The notes under the pieces are model-generated. The model was not told where the DNA came from. It made no database searches and saw only the letters and a list, made by a program, of their open reading frames with translations. DNA of 64,000 nucleotides from an uncultured Actinomycetes bacterium (GTDB taxonomy: Bacteria; Actinomycetota; UBA4738; JBBDTT01). The stretch covers positions 288,001 through 352,000 of the forward strand of contig CAVUMN010000003.1 of assembly GCA_963742735.1 (NCBI GenBank), given 5' to 3'. Positions 32,430 to 42,237 of this stretch are shown here, one piece after another. The position numbers and the translations under genes were made by a program. The first letter of the stretch is position 1; each line of letters opens with the position of its first letter.

Positions 32430-33589
32430 CAGGCGACCTCTCCGGTGGGCGCCTCGGCCGCGGCCCCCGCCGTCCCGAAGGCCCGCTGGCGGCGCCGGGC
32501 GATCACTCGCCGTGAGGCCTCGTACGCCACGATGACGGAGAGGATCAGCAGCCCCTGGAGGATGATGATGATCTCGCGGGGGACCTCGGTCAGGATCTGG
32601 ATGCCTTCCTCCCCCCGCGCGAGCATCCCGAACAGGATCGCCGCGAGCGGGATCCCCGCGGGGTGGTTCCGGCCCAGGAACGCGACGCCGATCCCCGCGA
32701 ACCCGAGGTCGCTCTCGTAGTTCTGGCCGAGGTACCCGCGGACGCCGAGCAGGTGTTGCATCCCGACCAGGCCGGCCAGCGCGCCGGAGATCAGGAAGAC
32801 CTTGAGCTGGGTTGCCCCGACGGACACGCCGCCCGCCTCCGCCGACCCGCTCGACGAGCCCACGGCCCGCACCTCGTACCCAAGGCGCGTCCGGTACAGG
32901 AACACCCACACCAGGAAGCAGGCCACCAGTGCCAGCGGGAACAGCCACGTCAGGTGGACCGAAGGCGGGATCGCATCCTCCAGCCCCAGAGAGGGAGCGA
33001 GGTCGGGGACCAGGGCCTTGTCGGAGAACACGTCCGAGCGGAGGTCGATCAGCCCTGGGCGGCCGGTCCGGAGGTGATTGAGGAGCGCCCACGCGATCAG
33101 GCTCACGGCGATGCCGTTCATCATGATCGTGGTGACGACCTCGTGAGCCCCGGTCTTGACCTTGAGGATCCCTGGGATCGCCGCCCAGATCATCGCCCCG
33201 AGCATCGACGCCACCAGGATCACGGGAAGCAGCACGACGGCCGGAAGGAAGTCCAGCATCAGGGCGGCGGACGTCCCGGTCATCATCCCGACGATGTACT
33301 GACCCTCCACCCCGATGTTGAACATGCCGGCCTTGAACGCGACCGCGACGGCGAGCGCCGAGAAGATGAGCGGCGTCGCGTTGACCAGCACCCGCGCGAA
33401 GTCCTGCGGCCGCGACGTCCCGAACCGCCACACCGTCTCGTATACGCGAAGGGGGCTCTCGCCGTACGCGATGATGATCACCGCGCCGACCAGCCCCGCG
33501 AAGCCGATCGCTCCGAGCAGCGCGACGAGCTGCAGGGGAAGGGCGTCCAGCCAGGGCGGCCGGCCCCGTTCCACGACCTCTGCCGCCAT
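32429..33589 (-). CDS. nucleoside ABC transporter permease
   Basis: FNIGVEGQ, HEVVTTIMMN, GFAGIGVAFLGRNHP. Confidence 0.92.
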   Translation of the reverse strand: MAAEVVERGRPPWLDALPLQLVALLGAIGFAGLVGAVIIIAYGESPLRVYETVWRFGTSRPQDFARVLVNATPLIFSALAVAVAFKAGMFNIGVEGQYIVGMMTGTSAALMLDFLPAVVLLPVILVASMLGAMIWAAIPGILKVKTGAHEVVTTIMMNGIAVSLIAWALLNHLRTGRPGLIDLRSDVFSDKALVPDLAPSLGLEDAIPPSVHLTWLFPLALVACFLVWVFLYRTRLGYEVRAVGSSSGSAEAGGVSVGATQLKVFLISGALAGLVGMQHLLGVRGYLGQNYESDLGFAGIGVAFLGRNHPAGIPLAAILFGMLARGEEGIQILTEVPREIIIILQGLLILSVIVAYEASRRVIARRRQRAFGTAGAAAEAPTGEVA

Positions 33590-35115
33590 CAGCCCGCCTC
33601 GGCCCTGCGGCGTCCGCCGGTCATGCCGATGCCGACCTGCTCGGGCGGGGCGTTGGGAGGATATTCACCGGTGAGCCGCCCCTCGTAGATGGTCAGGATT
33701 CGGTCGGACAGCGCGTAGATCTCGTCCAGCTCGGCCGAGATCAGCAGCACGGCGCGGCCGGCGGCCTTCTGGGCGAGGATCTGCCTCCAGACGAACTCGA
33801 TCGCGCCGACGTCCAGTCCCCGCGTCGGCTGGTGGGCGACGACGAGCTGGGGGTCGCCGTCGAGCTCCCGGGCCAGGATCAGCTTCTGCTGGTTGCCCCC
33901 GGAGAGCGTCGCGGCCTCGACGCCGATGCTTCGAGTCCGAACGTCGAAGGCCTTCACCAGCCTGGTGGCGAGCTCCTTGATCCTGCGGATCGCCAGCAGC
34001 CCCCATCTGCCGGAGTACTCGGGGCGCGACTGTCGCCCCAGTACCGCGTTCTCCCACAGAGACATCGACAGCACCAGGCCGCGGTCGTGACGGTCCTCGG
34101 GGATGTAGCCGACGCCCTGCTTGCGCATCTGGGCCACCGGGAGGTCGGTGACGTTCCTCCCGTTCAGCACGACCCGCCCGCCCCCGGACCTGCGCAGCCC
34201 GACGAGGACCTCGGCCAGCTCCCGCTGGCCGTTCCCCTCCACCCCCGCGATGCCGACGATCTCGCCGGCGCCGACCTCGAACGAGACGTCCCACAGGGCG
34301 TCACCGAGGGTGAGCTCCTGCACCTCCAGCGTGGGCCGGCCGACCTCGACGTCGGGCTTCTCGAGTCGGAACAACACCGGCCGGCCCACCATCATCTCGG
34401 CGAGCTGCTCCTTCGTCGTCTCGGCCGGGGTCGTCTCTCCGACCACCCGGCCCCGACGCAGGACGGTGATCCGGTCGGCGATCTCCAGGACCTCGTCCAG
34501 CTTGTGGCTGATGAACACGACCGTTTTCCCGCTGTCGCGCAGGTCGCGCAGGTTGCGGAACAGATCCCTCGCCTCCGCCGGGGTGAGCACGGCCGTGGGC
34601 TCGTCGAGGATCAGCACGTCCACCCCCCGGTACAGGGCCTTCAGGATCTCCACCCGCTGCTCCTGTCCGACGGAGAGGTCCTCGACCCGCGCGTCGGGAT
34701 CGACGCGGAAGCCGTAGCTCTCGGCGAGGCGGGTCACGCGCTGGGAGGCCTCGTCCACGTCGAGCAGCAGACCGCCCTCCGCGCCGAGGATGATGTTCTC
34801 GGTGACCGTGAACCGGTCCACCAGGACGAAGTGCTGGTGGACCATCCCGATCCCGAGCGCGATCGCGGCGCGCGGCGAGCCGATGCGGGCCTCGGTCCCT
34901 CGGATGAGGACGCGTCCGCCGTCGGGTGGGTACAGCCCGTAGAGGACCCGCATGAGCGTGGACTTGCCGGCGCCGTTCTCGCCGACCAGGGCGTGAATCT
35001 CCCCGACTCCCAGGGTCAGGTCCACGGCGTCGTTAGCCAGCACACCCGGGAAGCGCTTGGTGATCGCCTCGAGAACGACGAGCGGGGCGTCGTCGCGCCC
35101 CGCTCGCTCGTCCAT
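33589..35115 (-). CDS. nucleoside ABC transporter ATP-binding protein (double domain)
   Basis: GENGAGKST, LDEPTAVL, LSGGNQQK. Confidence 0.95.
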   Translation of the reverse strand: MDERAGRDDAPLVVLEAITKRFPGVLANDAVDLTLGVGEIHALVGENGAGKSTLMRVLYGLYPPDGGRVLIRGTEARIGSPRAAIALGIGMVHQHFVLVDRFTVTENIILGAEGGLLLDVDEASQRVTRLAESYGFRVDPDARVEDLSVGQEQRVEILKALYRGVDVLILDEPTAVLTPAEARDLFRNLRDLRDSGKTVVFISHKLDEVLEIADRITVLRRGRVVGETTPAETTKEQLAEMMVGRPVLFRLEKPDVEVGRPTLEVQELTLGDALWDVSFEVGAGEIVGIAGVEGNGQRELAEVLVGLRRSGGGRVVLNGRNVTDLPVAQMRKQGVGYIPEDRHDRGLVLSMSLWENAVLGRQSRPEYSGRWGLLAIRRIKELATRLVKAFDVRTRSIGVEAATLSGGNQQKLILARELDGDPQLVVAHQPTRGLDVGAIEFVWRQILAQKAAGRAVLLISAELDEIYALSDRILTIYEGRLTGEYPPNAPPEQVGIGMTGGRRRAEAG

Positions 35116-35137
35116 GGCTCTCCGCCTCTCGCCGGGT

Positions 35138-36238
35138 CTAGACGTCCTCCGGCTTCTCCGGGACCGTGATCTCTCCGTCGATGATCTGCTGCTTGAACTC
35201 GTCGAGGCGGGCGACGATGTCGTCGGTCAGTTGGTCGGGGTTGCTCCTCGCGTAGTCGATGCCTCCCTCGGCCATCCCGAACGACCTCGAGCCGGGCTCG
35301 AACTCGCCCGCCGCCGTCTCCACGATGATGTCGTGGACCGCCGTGTCCACCCGCTTGATCATCGAGGTGAGGATGTGCGGCTGCTGCTCGGCGCTCGCGG
35401 TGAGGTACTGATCCTTGTCGACCCCGATCGCCAGCGCGTCCTCGCCCTGGTTGACGACCGACTGGAACAGGCCGGCCCCGGAGTCGCCGGCCGCGTGATA
35501 CACGACGTCGGCGCCGTCGTCGTACATCTTGTCGGCCAGTGCCTTGCCCTTCGTCGGGTCGTTGAACGCGGTCGTGCTGTCGCCGATGTACTCCGTGAGC
35601 ACGTCGATGTTGATGTTGATCTCCTGGACGCCGGCCTTGAACCCGGCCTCGAACTTCTCGATCAGGCCGGTGCCGCGCTGGCCGCCGAGGAACCCGACCA
35701 CGCGCGACTGTGTCTTCAGCGCCGCCGCCACGCCCACGAGGAAGGAACCTTCGTGCTCCTTGAACGCGAGGTCCACGACGTTGCCGGACTCGGCGACCTC
35801 CGGCAGGCCGCAGAACTGTCCGCAGGTGGCGAAGCCGTCGATCACCGCGAACTTCGTGTCCGGGTAGTCGCCGGCGATCTCCGCGACGCCGGGGGAGAAC
35901 GCGAACCCGATGGCGAGCACCAGGTCGAAGCCCTGATCCGCCAGGTTCACGACGTTGGCGTCGCGATTGGATCCGGTCGAGTTCGGCTCCAGGGTCTCCA
36001 GGGTCGCCTCAGAGATCAGCCCTTCCTCGATGGTCGCCTGCGCTCCGTCCATGGCCGCGTCGTTGAACGACTTGTCACCCAGGCCGCCGATGTCGAACGC
36101 GATCCCCACGGTGAGATCGCTGGACGCCGTCGGTTCGCCGGGGCCGCCATCCGGCTGCGTCGGATCGCCGCCTCCGCACGCCGCGGTGACCAGGGCGACC
36201 AGCGCGACGATGGCCAAGAACCTGAGCTGTCGAAGCAT
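35138..36238 (-). CDS. BMP family ABC substrate-binding lipoprotein
   Basis: Lipobox TAAC; GGLGDKSFN, IGVDKDQ, TSMIKRVD. Confidence 0.93.
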   Translation of the reverse strand: MLRQLRFLAIVALVALVTAACGGGDPTQPDGGPGEPTASSDLTVGIAFDIGGLGDKSFNDAAMDGAQATIEEGLISEATLETLEPNSTGSNRDANVVNLADQGFDLVLAIGFAFSPGVAEIAGDYPDTKFAVIDGFATCGQFCGLPEVAESGNVVDLAFKEHEGSFLVGVAAALKTQSRVVGFLGGQRGTGLIEKFEAGFKAGVQEININIDVLTEYIGDSTTAFNDPTKGKALADKMYDDGADVVYHAAGDSGAGLFQSVVNQGEDALAIGVDKDQYLTASAEQQPHILTSMIKRVDTAVHDIIVETAAGEFEPGSRSFGMAEGGIDYARSNPDQLTDDIVARLDEFKQQIIDGEITVPEKPEDV

Positions 36239-36330
36239 GGGTGCTTCCCCCTCTCCGCGGCCGACCGTTCGTGGACGGGCCGTCCACGGGATTCTCGATC
36301 CGCGGCCGATGGTCCGTCAAAGCCGGGGGG

Positions 36331-36359
36331 TTGCAAACCGCCCCGGGGTGCCCCACAAT
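36331..36359 (+). promoter_or_regulatory. sigma70-type promoter of the aroF leader
   Basis: TTGCAA-N17-CACAAT, 9 nt before the leader ATG. Confidence 0.7.
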
Positions 36360-36368
36360 CGCTCGACC

Positions 36369-36425
36369 ATGAGGCGGCAGCTGTTTACCTACCGGTGGTA
36401 TTTCGCGGGGCACAGCCCGGCGTAG
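36369..36425 (+). CDS. aromatic amino acid attenuator leader peptide MRRQLFTYRWYFAGHSPA
   Basis: 5 aromatic codons in a 7-codon stretch (TTT ACC TAC CGG TGG TAT TTC), directly upstream of a terminator and aroF. Confidence 0.85.
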   Translation: MRRQLFTYRWYFAGHSPA

Positions 36426-36449
36426 TCCTTCGGTAGCCGCCAAACACAA

Positions 36450-36480
36450 GGACCCCGGGCAGCGGCCCCGGGGTTTTTCT
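36450..36480 (+). terminator. attenuator intrinsic terminator
   Basis: GGACCCCGGG-CAGCGGC-CCCGGGG then TTTTTCT; the 5' arm can alternatively pair with 36415-36430. Confidence 0.85.
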
Positions 36481-36521
36481 CACTCCGGCGCCGTCACCCG
36501 CAGAATGGAGAGGTGGTGTCG

Positions 36522-37595
36522 ATGGTGGTCGTGATGAAGACCTCGGCGACCCAGGCCGAGATCGATCAGGTCGTCGAACGCGTACGCGACGCCGGCGGCG
36601 AGGCCTTCATCTCGCCGGGCGAGCATCGAACGATCATCGGGCTCGTCGGGGACACCACTCGCTTCATGGAGCTGCCCCTCTCCCAGCTCCCGGGAGTCGA
36701 GAACGTCATCCGAGTCGGGCGCCCGTACAAGCTGGTGGCCCGCGAGCTGCACCCCGAACCCAGCGTGGTCAAGGTCGGCTCGCATCCGATCGACCGGCGA
36801 ACGATCACGATCATCGCCGGCCCGTGCGCGGTCGAGAGCGAGCAGCAGGCGGTGGAGGCGGCCCACATGGCCAAACGGGCCGGCGCGCACCTGCTGCGCG
36901 GCGGGGCCTACAAGCCGCGGACCTCTCCCTACTCGTTCCAGGGGCTCGCGAAGCAGGGCCTGGAGATCCTCGCCGCCTGCCGCGAGGAGACCGGCCTGCC
37001 CGTGGTCACCGAGGTCCTGGAGCCCCGAGACGTGGACCTGGTGTCCAGCCTGGCGGACGCGCTGCAGATCGGCGCCCGGAACATGCAGAACTTCTCGCTG
37101 CTCAAGGAGGTGGGCAAGGCCCACGTCCCCGTGATCCTCAAGCGGGGGTTGTCCGCCACGATCGAGGAGTGGCTCATGGCCGCGGAGTACGTGGCGCGCG
37201 AGGGCAACATGGACATCGTCCTGTGCGAGCGGGGCATCCGGACCTTCGAGACGGCCACGCGGAACACCCTCGACCTGGCCGGCATGGCCGTGGCCCGCGA
37301 GGCGACGCACCTGCCGGTGATCGTCGACCCCTCGCATGCCACGGGGGTACGTGAGCTGGTGGGGCCGATGTCCCGGGCCGCCATCGCGGCCGGCGCCGAC
37401 GGCATCATGGTGGAGATCCACCCCCATCCCGAGGCGGCGCTGTCCGACGGGCCCCAGGCCCTCACGGGGGACGACCTCGACCGATTGGTGGACGAGCTCG
37501 CCGCCCTCGGCGCGAGCCTGGGCAGGCCGGTGCCCGGCTATCAGCGCGACGCGGGCTCGACGCCGTCGATGGGCTGGGGCAGCCCGAAGCGGTAG
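36522..37595 (+). CDS. aroF: 3-deoxy-7-phosphoheptulonate (DAHP) synthase, type I-beta with N-terminal regulatory domain
   Basis: IAGPCAVE, KPRTSPYSFQG, QIGARNMQN, LCERGIRTF, DPSHATG. Confidence 0.95.
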   Translation: MVVVMKTSATQAEIDQVVERVRDAGGEAFISPGEHRTIIGLVGDTTRFMELPLSQLPGVENVIRVGRPYKLVARELHPEPSVVKVGSHPIDRRTITIIAGPCAVESEQQAVEAAHMAKRAGAHLLRGGAYKPRTSPYSFQGLAKQGLEILAACREETGLPVVTEVLEPRDVDLVSSLADALQIGARNMQNFSLLKEVGKAHVPVILKRGLSATIEEWLMAAEYVAREGNMDIVLCERGIRTFETATRNTLDLAGMAVAREATHLPVIVDPSHATGVRELVGPMSRAAIAAGADGIMVEIHPHPEAALSDGPQALTGDDLDRLVDELAALGASLGRPVPGYQRDAGSTPSMGWGSPKR

Positions 37596-37604
37596 ACCGC
37601 CGGA

Positions 37605-38387
37605 TCAGACGGCCGGGATCAGCTCCCCGATCACGCAGCCGGCCTGCTTCCACTTCGTGATGTTCTCCCCGGGCGAACCGAAGCGGCTGCGCCGGCGATC
37701 GACCAGGGTCGCGGCGAGCTGGTCGAACTCGGGGCTGTCGGGCTGGATCACGCGCACGGCGGCCATGAACCGTGTCAGGGCGGTGTCCTTGCCCTTCTCG
37801 CGCCGGATGATCACCACGACCTCGTTCGAGTCGGGGATCCCGGGGATGAACTGCTCCCCGGCGTTGCGATCGGGGTCGGACAGGACGTAGATCCGGCCGT
37901 TGCGGTACACGAACCACGACGGCGCCGCGACGTCGCGTCCCTCGTGGATCACGCCGATCCACGCCACGTCCGTCGCCTTGATCGCCTTCTCGATCTCGGG
38001 CGGGAGCTTGTCGCGGGGAGCCTGCAGGACGACCTCGAACTCGACCTGGGCGATCAGGGCGCCGTTGATGGTGAACGACGCCAGGTGGATGCCGCCCATC
38101 TCGAAGTGGGCGTCCGCGATCAGGTCGTCCAGCCGGGTGACGTCCATCTCGCCCACCATCTTCCGGACCTCCGGCCCGACCGTGTGCACCGTGTCGCCGC
38201 TGGGGTCGACGAAGTCGACCTTCTCGTGCACCAGCCCCTGCGGAGCCTTGTAGTGGCGAACCAGGTGGAACGGAAGGGCGAGACCGGGCAGGGCCACGCA
38301 GTACACGCCGTTGGGCCCCGAGTCGTCCTCCGGATCGCGGACGCGGGCGTCGATCAGGGCGGCGTGGATCAGCTCGGCCGGCTGCAT
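37605..38387 (-). CDS. hypothetical protein with possible PNPOx-like split-barrel C-terminal domain
   Basis: High-GC3 ORF; APSWFVYRNGRIYV; TAGCAT -10 upstream of ATG. Confidence 0.6.
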   Translation of the reverse strand: MQPAELIHAALIDARVRDPEDDSGPNGVYCVALPGLALPFHLVRHYKAPQGLVHEKVDFVDPSGDTVHTVGPEVRKMVGEMDVTRLDDLIADAHFEMGGIHLASFTINGALIAQVEFEVVLQAPRDKLPPEIEKAIKATDVAWIGVIHEGRDVAAPSWFVYRNGRIYVLSDPDRNAGEQFIPGIPDSNEVVVIIRREKGKDTALTRFMAAVRVIQPDSPEFDQLAATLVDRRRSRFGSPGENITKWKQAGCVIGELIPAV

Positions 38388-38419
38388 CGCGCGAATGCTA
38401 GCCGAACCGCGTGCGGGCC

Positions 38420-39592
38420 TCAGGCGATGCGCGCCAGCCAGAGCGTGGGCTCCTCGAGCTCGGGCATGGACGGAAGGTTCTCGGCGACGTCCCACATCCG
38501 GGAGAGGAGGGACTCGTCCGCGCGCTCGGCCACCGTGTCGGCGAAGGCCCGCCCCAGCCGGTACTGCTCGGGAGTCGTCTCGATCCCCAGCATCTGTTCG
38601 ACCAGCCGGGTCTCTCCGGCCTCGCCCTCGCCCCGGCGGCGCAGGGCCTCGGTGATCTGTCCGAAGGTGGTGAGCATGCGGCCTCCCACGCCCTCGAGCA
38701 CGTGGTCCGCGTACCCCTCGGCGACCGCGAGGAACGCCTGGACGCGGGCCAGGAGCAGCCGTCCCTCGTCGGTCAGGACGCGCGCCACCAGCTCGCCCGG
38801 GTTGCCGAACGCGTCGCCGAGCCGCTCGGGGTCGGACAGGTCCAGCCCGGCCAGCCGCTCCTCCAGCCCGGCCAGGTCCAGCTCGCTGCTCTCGGTGAAG
38901 TCGCGGACCAGGCCCTGGAAGTGGTCGCGGACCCACGGCCGCGCGAACTCGAAGCGGTGGGCGGCCTCGTGGATCGCGACCCAGGCGCGGAACTCCTTCG
39001 GATCCAGGCTCCACTCCCGCTCGGTGTCGGCGAGGTTCGGCACGACGAACGCCAGGGTCCCGGAGTCGCGCGGGATGGCGACGTCGAACTGGCCGAGGAC
39101 GCGCTGGCCGAGGTAGCCGAGGACCGTGCCCATCTGGGCGCCCAGCAACAGGGGAGCCATCCGGTCCATGAGCACCTCGAGCATGGGGGCCTCGGTCGCG
39201 GTGTCCTGCTCGCGGAGCTCGCCCAGCGAGCGGGCGAGCTTCGAGGCCACCGGCTCGACCAGGTCCCGCAGGCTGTTGATGTTCGACTCGACCCAGGTGG
39301 CGCGCCGGTCGCACCGGACGTTCGCGACGCCGGGGACTTCCATGCCCGTGAACCGCGCGATCTCGAGCTCGGCCGCGCGAACCACGTCCTCGAGCGCGCT
39401 TCGGTCCTCGGGGGTCGGAGGGGGGTCCTCCTTGTTCCAGGAGGCCGTGGCGATCCCGACCTGCCGGGCCAGCTCCCAGTTGACGGGGCCGGTCCCGGAC
39501 AGCAGCACCCTCTGGAGCTCACGGAACAGCGGAACGTCGCCCAGGATGTCCCCGATCGGGGTGTCGGGAGGGAGCTCGCGGGGATCGTCCAT
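38420..39592 (-). CDS. zinc-dependent metalloprotease (Zincin_2 family)
   Basis: GPVNWELA, LGQRVLGQFD, HEAAH, EGYADHV, QYRLG, EPTLWLARI. Confidence 0.88.
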   Translation of the reverse strand: MDDPRELPPDTPIGDILGDVPLFRELQRVLLSGTGPVNWELARQVGIATASWNKEDPPPTPEDRSALEDVVRAAELEIARFTGMEVPGVANVRCDRRATWVESNINSLRDLVEPVASKLARSLGELREQDTATEAPMLEVLMDRMAPLLLGAQMGTVLGYLGQRVLGQFDVAIPRDSGTLAFVVPNLADTEREWSLDPKEFRAWVAIHEAAHRFEFARPWVRDHFQGLVRDFTESSELDLAGLEERLAGLDLSDPERLGDAFGNPGELVARVLTDEGRLLLARVQAFLAVAEGYADHVLEGVGGRMLTTFGQITEALRRRGEGEAGETRLVEQMLGIETTPEQYRLGRAFADTVAERADESLLSRMWDVAENLPSMPELEEPTLWLARIA

Positions 39593-39702
39593 CGAGGCCA
39601 TTGTAGGGTCGGCCCCCGATAAGCCATGGCCGAGATTCGAGAGCCCTCCGAGCAGGACGTCGATGCCCCGATCGCCCTCAAGGACGCGGCGACGGTGTAC
39701 GT

Positions 39703-41098
39703 GTGAGGGTCCTCGACGCCCTCCGGGAGGGGTTCGCGGGACGGATCCTGCAGGACGACGATTCCCGCGAGCGCTACGCACGCGATCAGAGCGTGTTCCG
39801 GGTTCCGCCGCACGCCGTGGCCGTCGCGACGAGCGAGGAGGACGTCGGCGCCGCCGTCCGTGCCTGTCGAGAGACGGCAACGCCGCTGACGGTCCGCTCC
39901 GGCGGGACCGGGCTGGCCGGAGGCTCGATCGGAACCGGCCTGGTCCTGGACGTCTCCGCGCTTCCCGCGCGCGTCCAGGTCGAGGACGACGGACGCCGGG
40001 TCCTGGCGAGCGCGTCGGTGACCGTCGACGACGTCAACGCCGCGCTCGAGCCGTACGGGCGGCGGCTGGGCCCCGACCTCACGTCCTCCGCGGACGCCCG
40101 CATCGGGGGGATCGTCGGCACGAACGCGTGCGGGGCGGGCTCGAACCGCTTCGGCCGGACGGCGGACGGCCTGCTCTCGCTCGACGTGGTCGCCGGGACC
40201 GGGGAGCGCCGGGTGCTCGTGGCGGACGCGGCCGAGCCGCCACCGGGAGGCTTCCGTCGCGCGCCCTCCGGCTACGCCGCGACGGACGGAGGCGCCCGGT
40301 CGTGGTGCGGTTCCGAGGGGACGCTCGGGGTGGTCCTGTCGGCGCGCCTGCGGACGTGGCCGAGGCGACCCTCGGCCGTCGGCGTGCTCGCGTTCGACGC
40401 CCCTCGCGAGGCCGCCGAGGCGGTTCCCGCGCTGCTGGCGGGCGAACCGGTGGCCGTGGAGCTGATGGATCGCCTGGCCCTGCGTTCGCGATGGGCGGGC
40501 GACCCCGCCGGGCTGTTGATCGTCGAGACCGAAGGCGAGCACGCGCGACGAGGCACTCGCGGCGCTGGGGGAGCTGGCCGATCCGGACCGGATCGTCGTC
40601 GGTGACGACGCCTCCGCCGAGCGGACGGTGTGGGGACTTCGGCGCTCCGTGCTGGCCGAGCTCCGGCCGGAGGACGGCCGGCTCCCGCTCGCCCTCATCG
40701 AGGACGCCCGCGTCGACCCTGAGCGGCTGGGGGAGCTGATCGAGGGCGTCGACGCGCTGGCCGCCCGGTGGGACGTCGAGATCGTCCACTACGGCCACGC
40801 GGCGGCCGGGACCCTGCACCTGCGGCCGCTGCTTGACCTTCGCCGGGACGAGCATCGGCGGGCGGCCGTGGCGATCGTCGCGGACCACGCCGACCTGGTG
40901 GCCTCGCTGGGGGGCTCGATCGCCAGTGAGCACGGGCTCGGCCTGGCTCGTTCCTGGCTGGTGCCGAGGGCCTACCCGGCCGAGACGGTGCGGGCCTGGC
41001 AGGCGCTGAAGGCCGAGTTCGACCCGGACGGGATCATGAACCCCGGCCGCGTCGTGCCCGACCGCGAGACGTTCCCCGCGGAGTTGCTGGCGCGCTGA
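39703..41098 (+). CDS. FAD-binding oxidoreductase (GlcD/D-lactate dehydrogenase-like), frameshift near 40555
   Basis: RSGGTGLAG, GSEGTLG, GHAAAGTLH, SEHGLG, FDPDGIMNPG. Confidence 0.85.
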
Positions 41099-42172
41099 CT
41101 ACGCCGGAGCGGCCAGCTCGGGGCGGGTGTCCACGCCCAGGTGGTCCCGCTCCCAGTCATAGAAGTCGTCGGTGAAGTACCGCACCCGGACCTTCTTGTA
41201 CTCCTTCGACGAGTACAGGACGGCCCGGTCGGTGAGCCCCGTGTCCGCGGCGATGGCCTCGACGACCTCCTCGCACGACTCCTTCGAGCGGCCGTGGATC
41301 ATCGAGAAAAGGTTGTACGGCCAGTCCTCGTACACGGGCCGCTGGTAGCAGTGGGAGACGTTGCGGTACGAGGCCATCAGCGGGCCGTACTCGCCGACCT
41401 TCTCCTCGGGGACCTTCCACACGGCCATCGCGTTCGCGGTGTAGCCGGCGTGTCGATGGAACAGCACGGCCGCGAACCTGCGCATGTACCCGCGGTCGAC
41501 GAACCCCTGGGCGGCCTCGAGGACCTCGTCCTCGGTCATGTCCAGGCGCCGGCCCATGGCCGCAAAGGGCCGGGGGATCAGCTCGATGTCCTCCTGGAGC
41601 TCGCGGATGATGGCGATGTCCCGGGCGGACAGCCCCGGGTCGCCCGCCTGGCCGCGCTTCCATGCCTCGAGGTACTTCGGGTCCGGCCCCGACGTCGCCG
41701 TGCGCTCGGTGACCGACCGGTTGCCGACCATGTCCAGGTCAACGCCGATCTTGAACATCCGCAGGGTCTGAAGGACCCGCGTGGCGGTGGCCCCGGTCTC
41801 CTCGTGGAGGCGGTCCACGTGGGCCTGGAGCTCGCTCGTGTATGGGACCGCCACGGTGAACCACAGGTTGAACTCGTGGTTGCGACGGTAGTTGTGGGAC
41901 ACGCCGGGATGGGCGTTGATGAGCTCGGCGGCGGCCTCGAGGCGCTCTTTCGGCACCGCCATCGCCACCAGCGAGGACCGGTACCCGAGGGCGCGCGTGT
42001 CGAAGATCGCGGAGACCTGTCGGATGACGTGCTCGTCCTTCAGCCGGCCGATCCGCTCGAGGGCGTCGTCCTCCGTCGTCCCCAGCCGCTCGCCGAGCGT
42101 CGCGAAGGGCGTCCCGGTGACGGGGAAGTCGTTCTGGATGACGTTCAGCAGCTCGCGATCGAGATCATCCAC
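41099..42172 (-). CDS. fused siroheme decarboxylase AhbA-AhbB (AsnC/Lrp-like)
   Basis: Two AsnC-like halves: VSHNYRR..FNLWFT and VSHCYQRP..WPYNLFSMIHG, SSKEYKK. Confidence 0.85.
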   Translation of the reverse strand: MDDLDRELLNVIQNDFPVTGTPFATLGERLGTTEDDALERIGRLKDEHVIRQVSAIFDTRALGYRSSLVAMAVPKERLEAAAELINAHPGVSHNYRRNHEFNLWFTVAVPYTSELQAHVDRLHEETGATATRVLQTLRMFKIGVDLDMVGNRSVTERTATSGPDPKYLEAWKRGQAGDPGLSARDIAIIRELQEDIELIPRPFAAMGRRLDMTEDEVLEAAQGFVDRGYMRRFAAVLFHRHAGYTANAMAVWKVPEEKVGEYGPLMASYRNVSHCYQRPVYEDWPYNLFSMIHGRSKESCEEVVEAIAADTGLTDRAVLYSSKEYKKVRVRYFTDDFYDWERDHLGVDTRPELAAPA

Positions 42173-42237
42173 GGGAGCGAACCCTACTAGCTCATACAAT
42201 GGCCGTGCTCGCCGACCGGCCTGCGTAAGGAGATGTC

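Noticed and set aside
36239-36330. purine/nucleoside riboswitch before the BMP transporter
   Set aside because: No purine riboswitch core sequences seen
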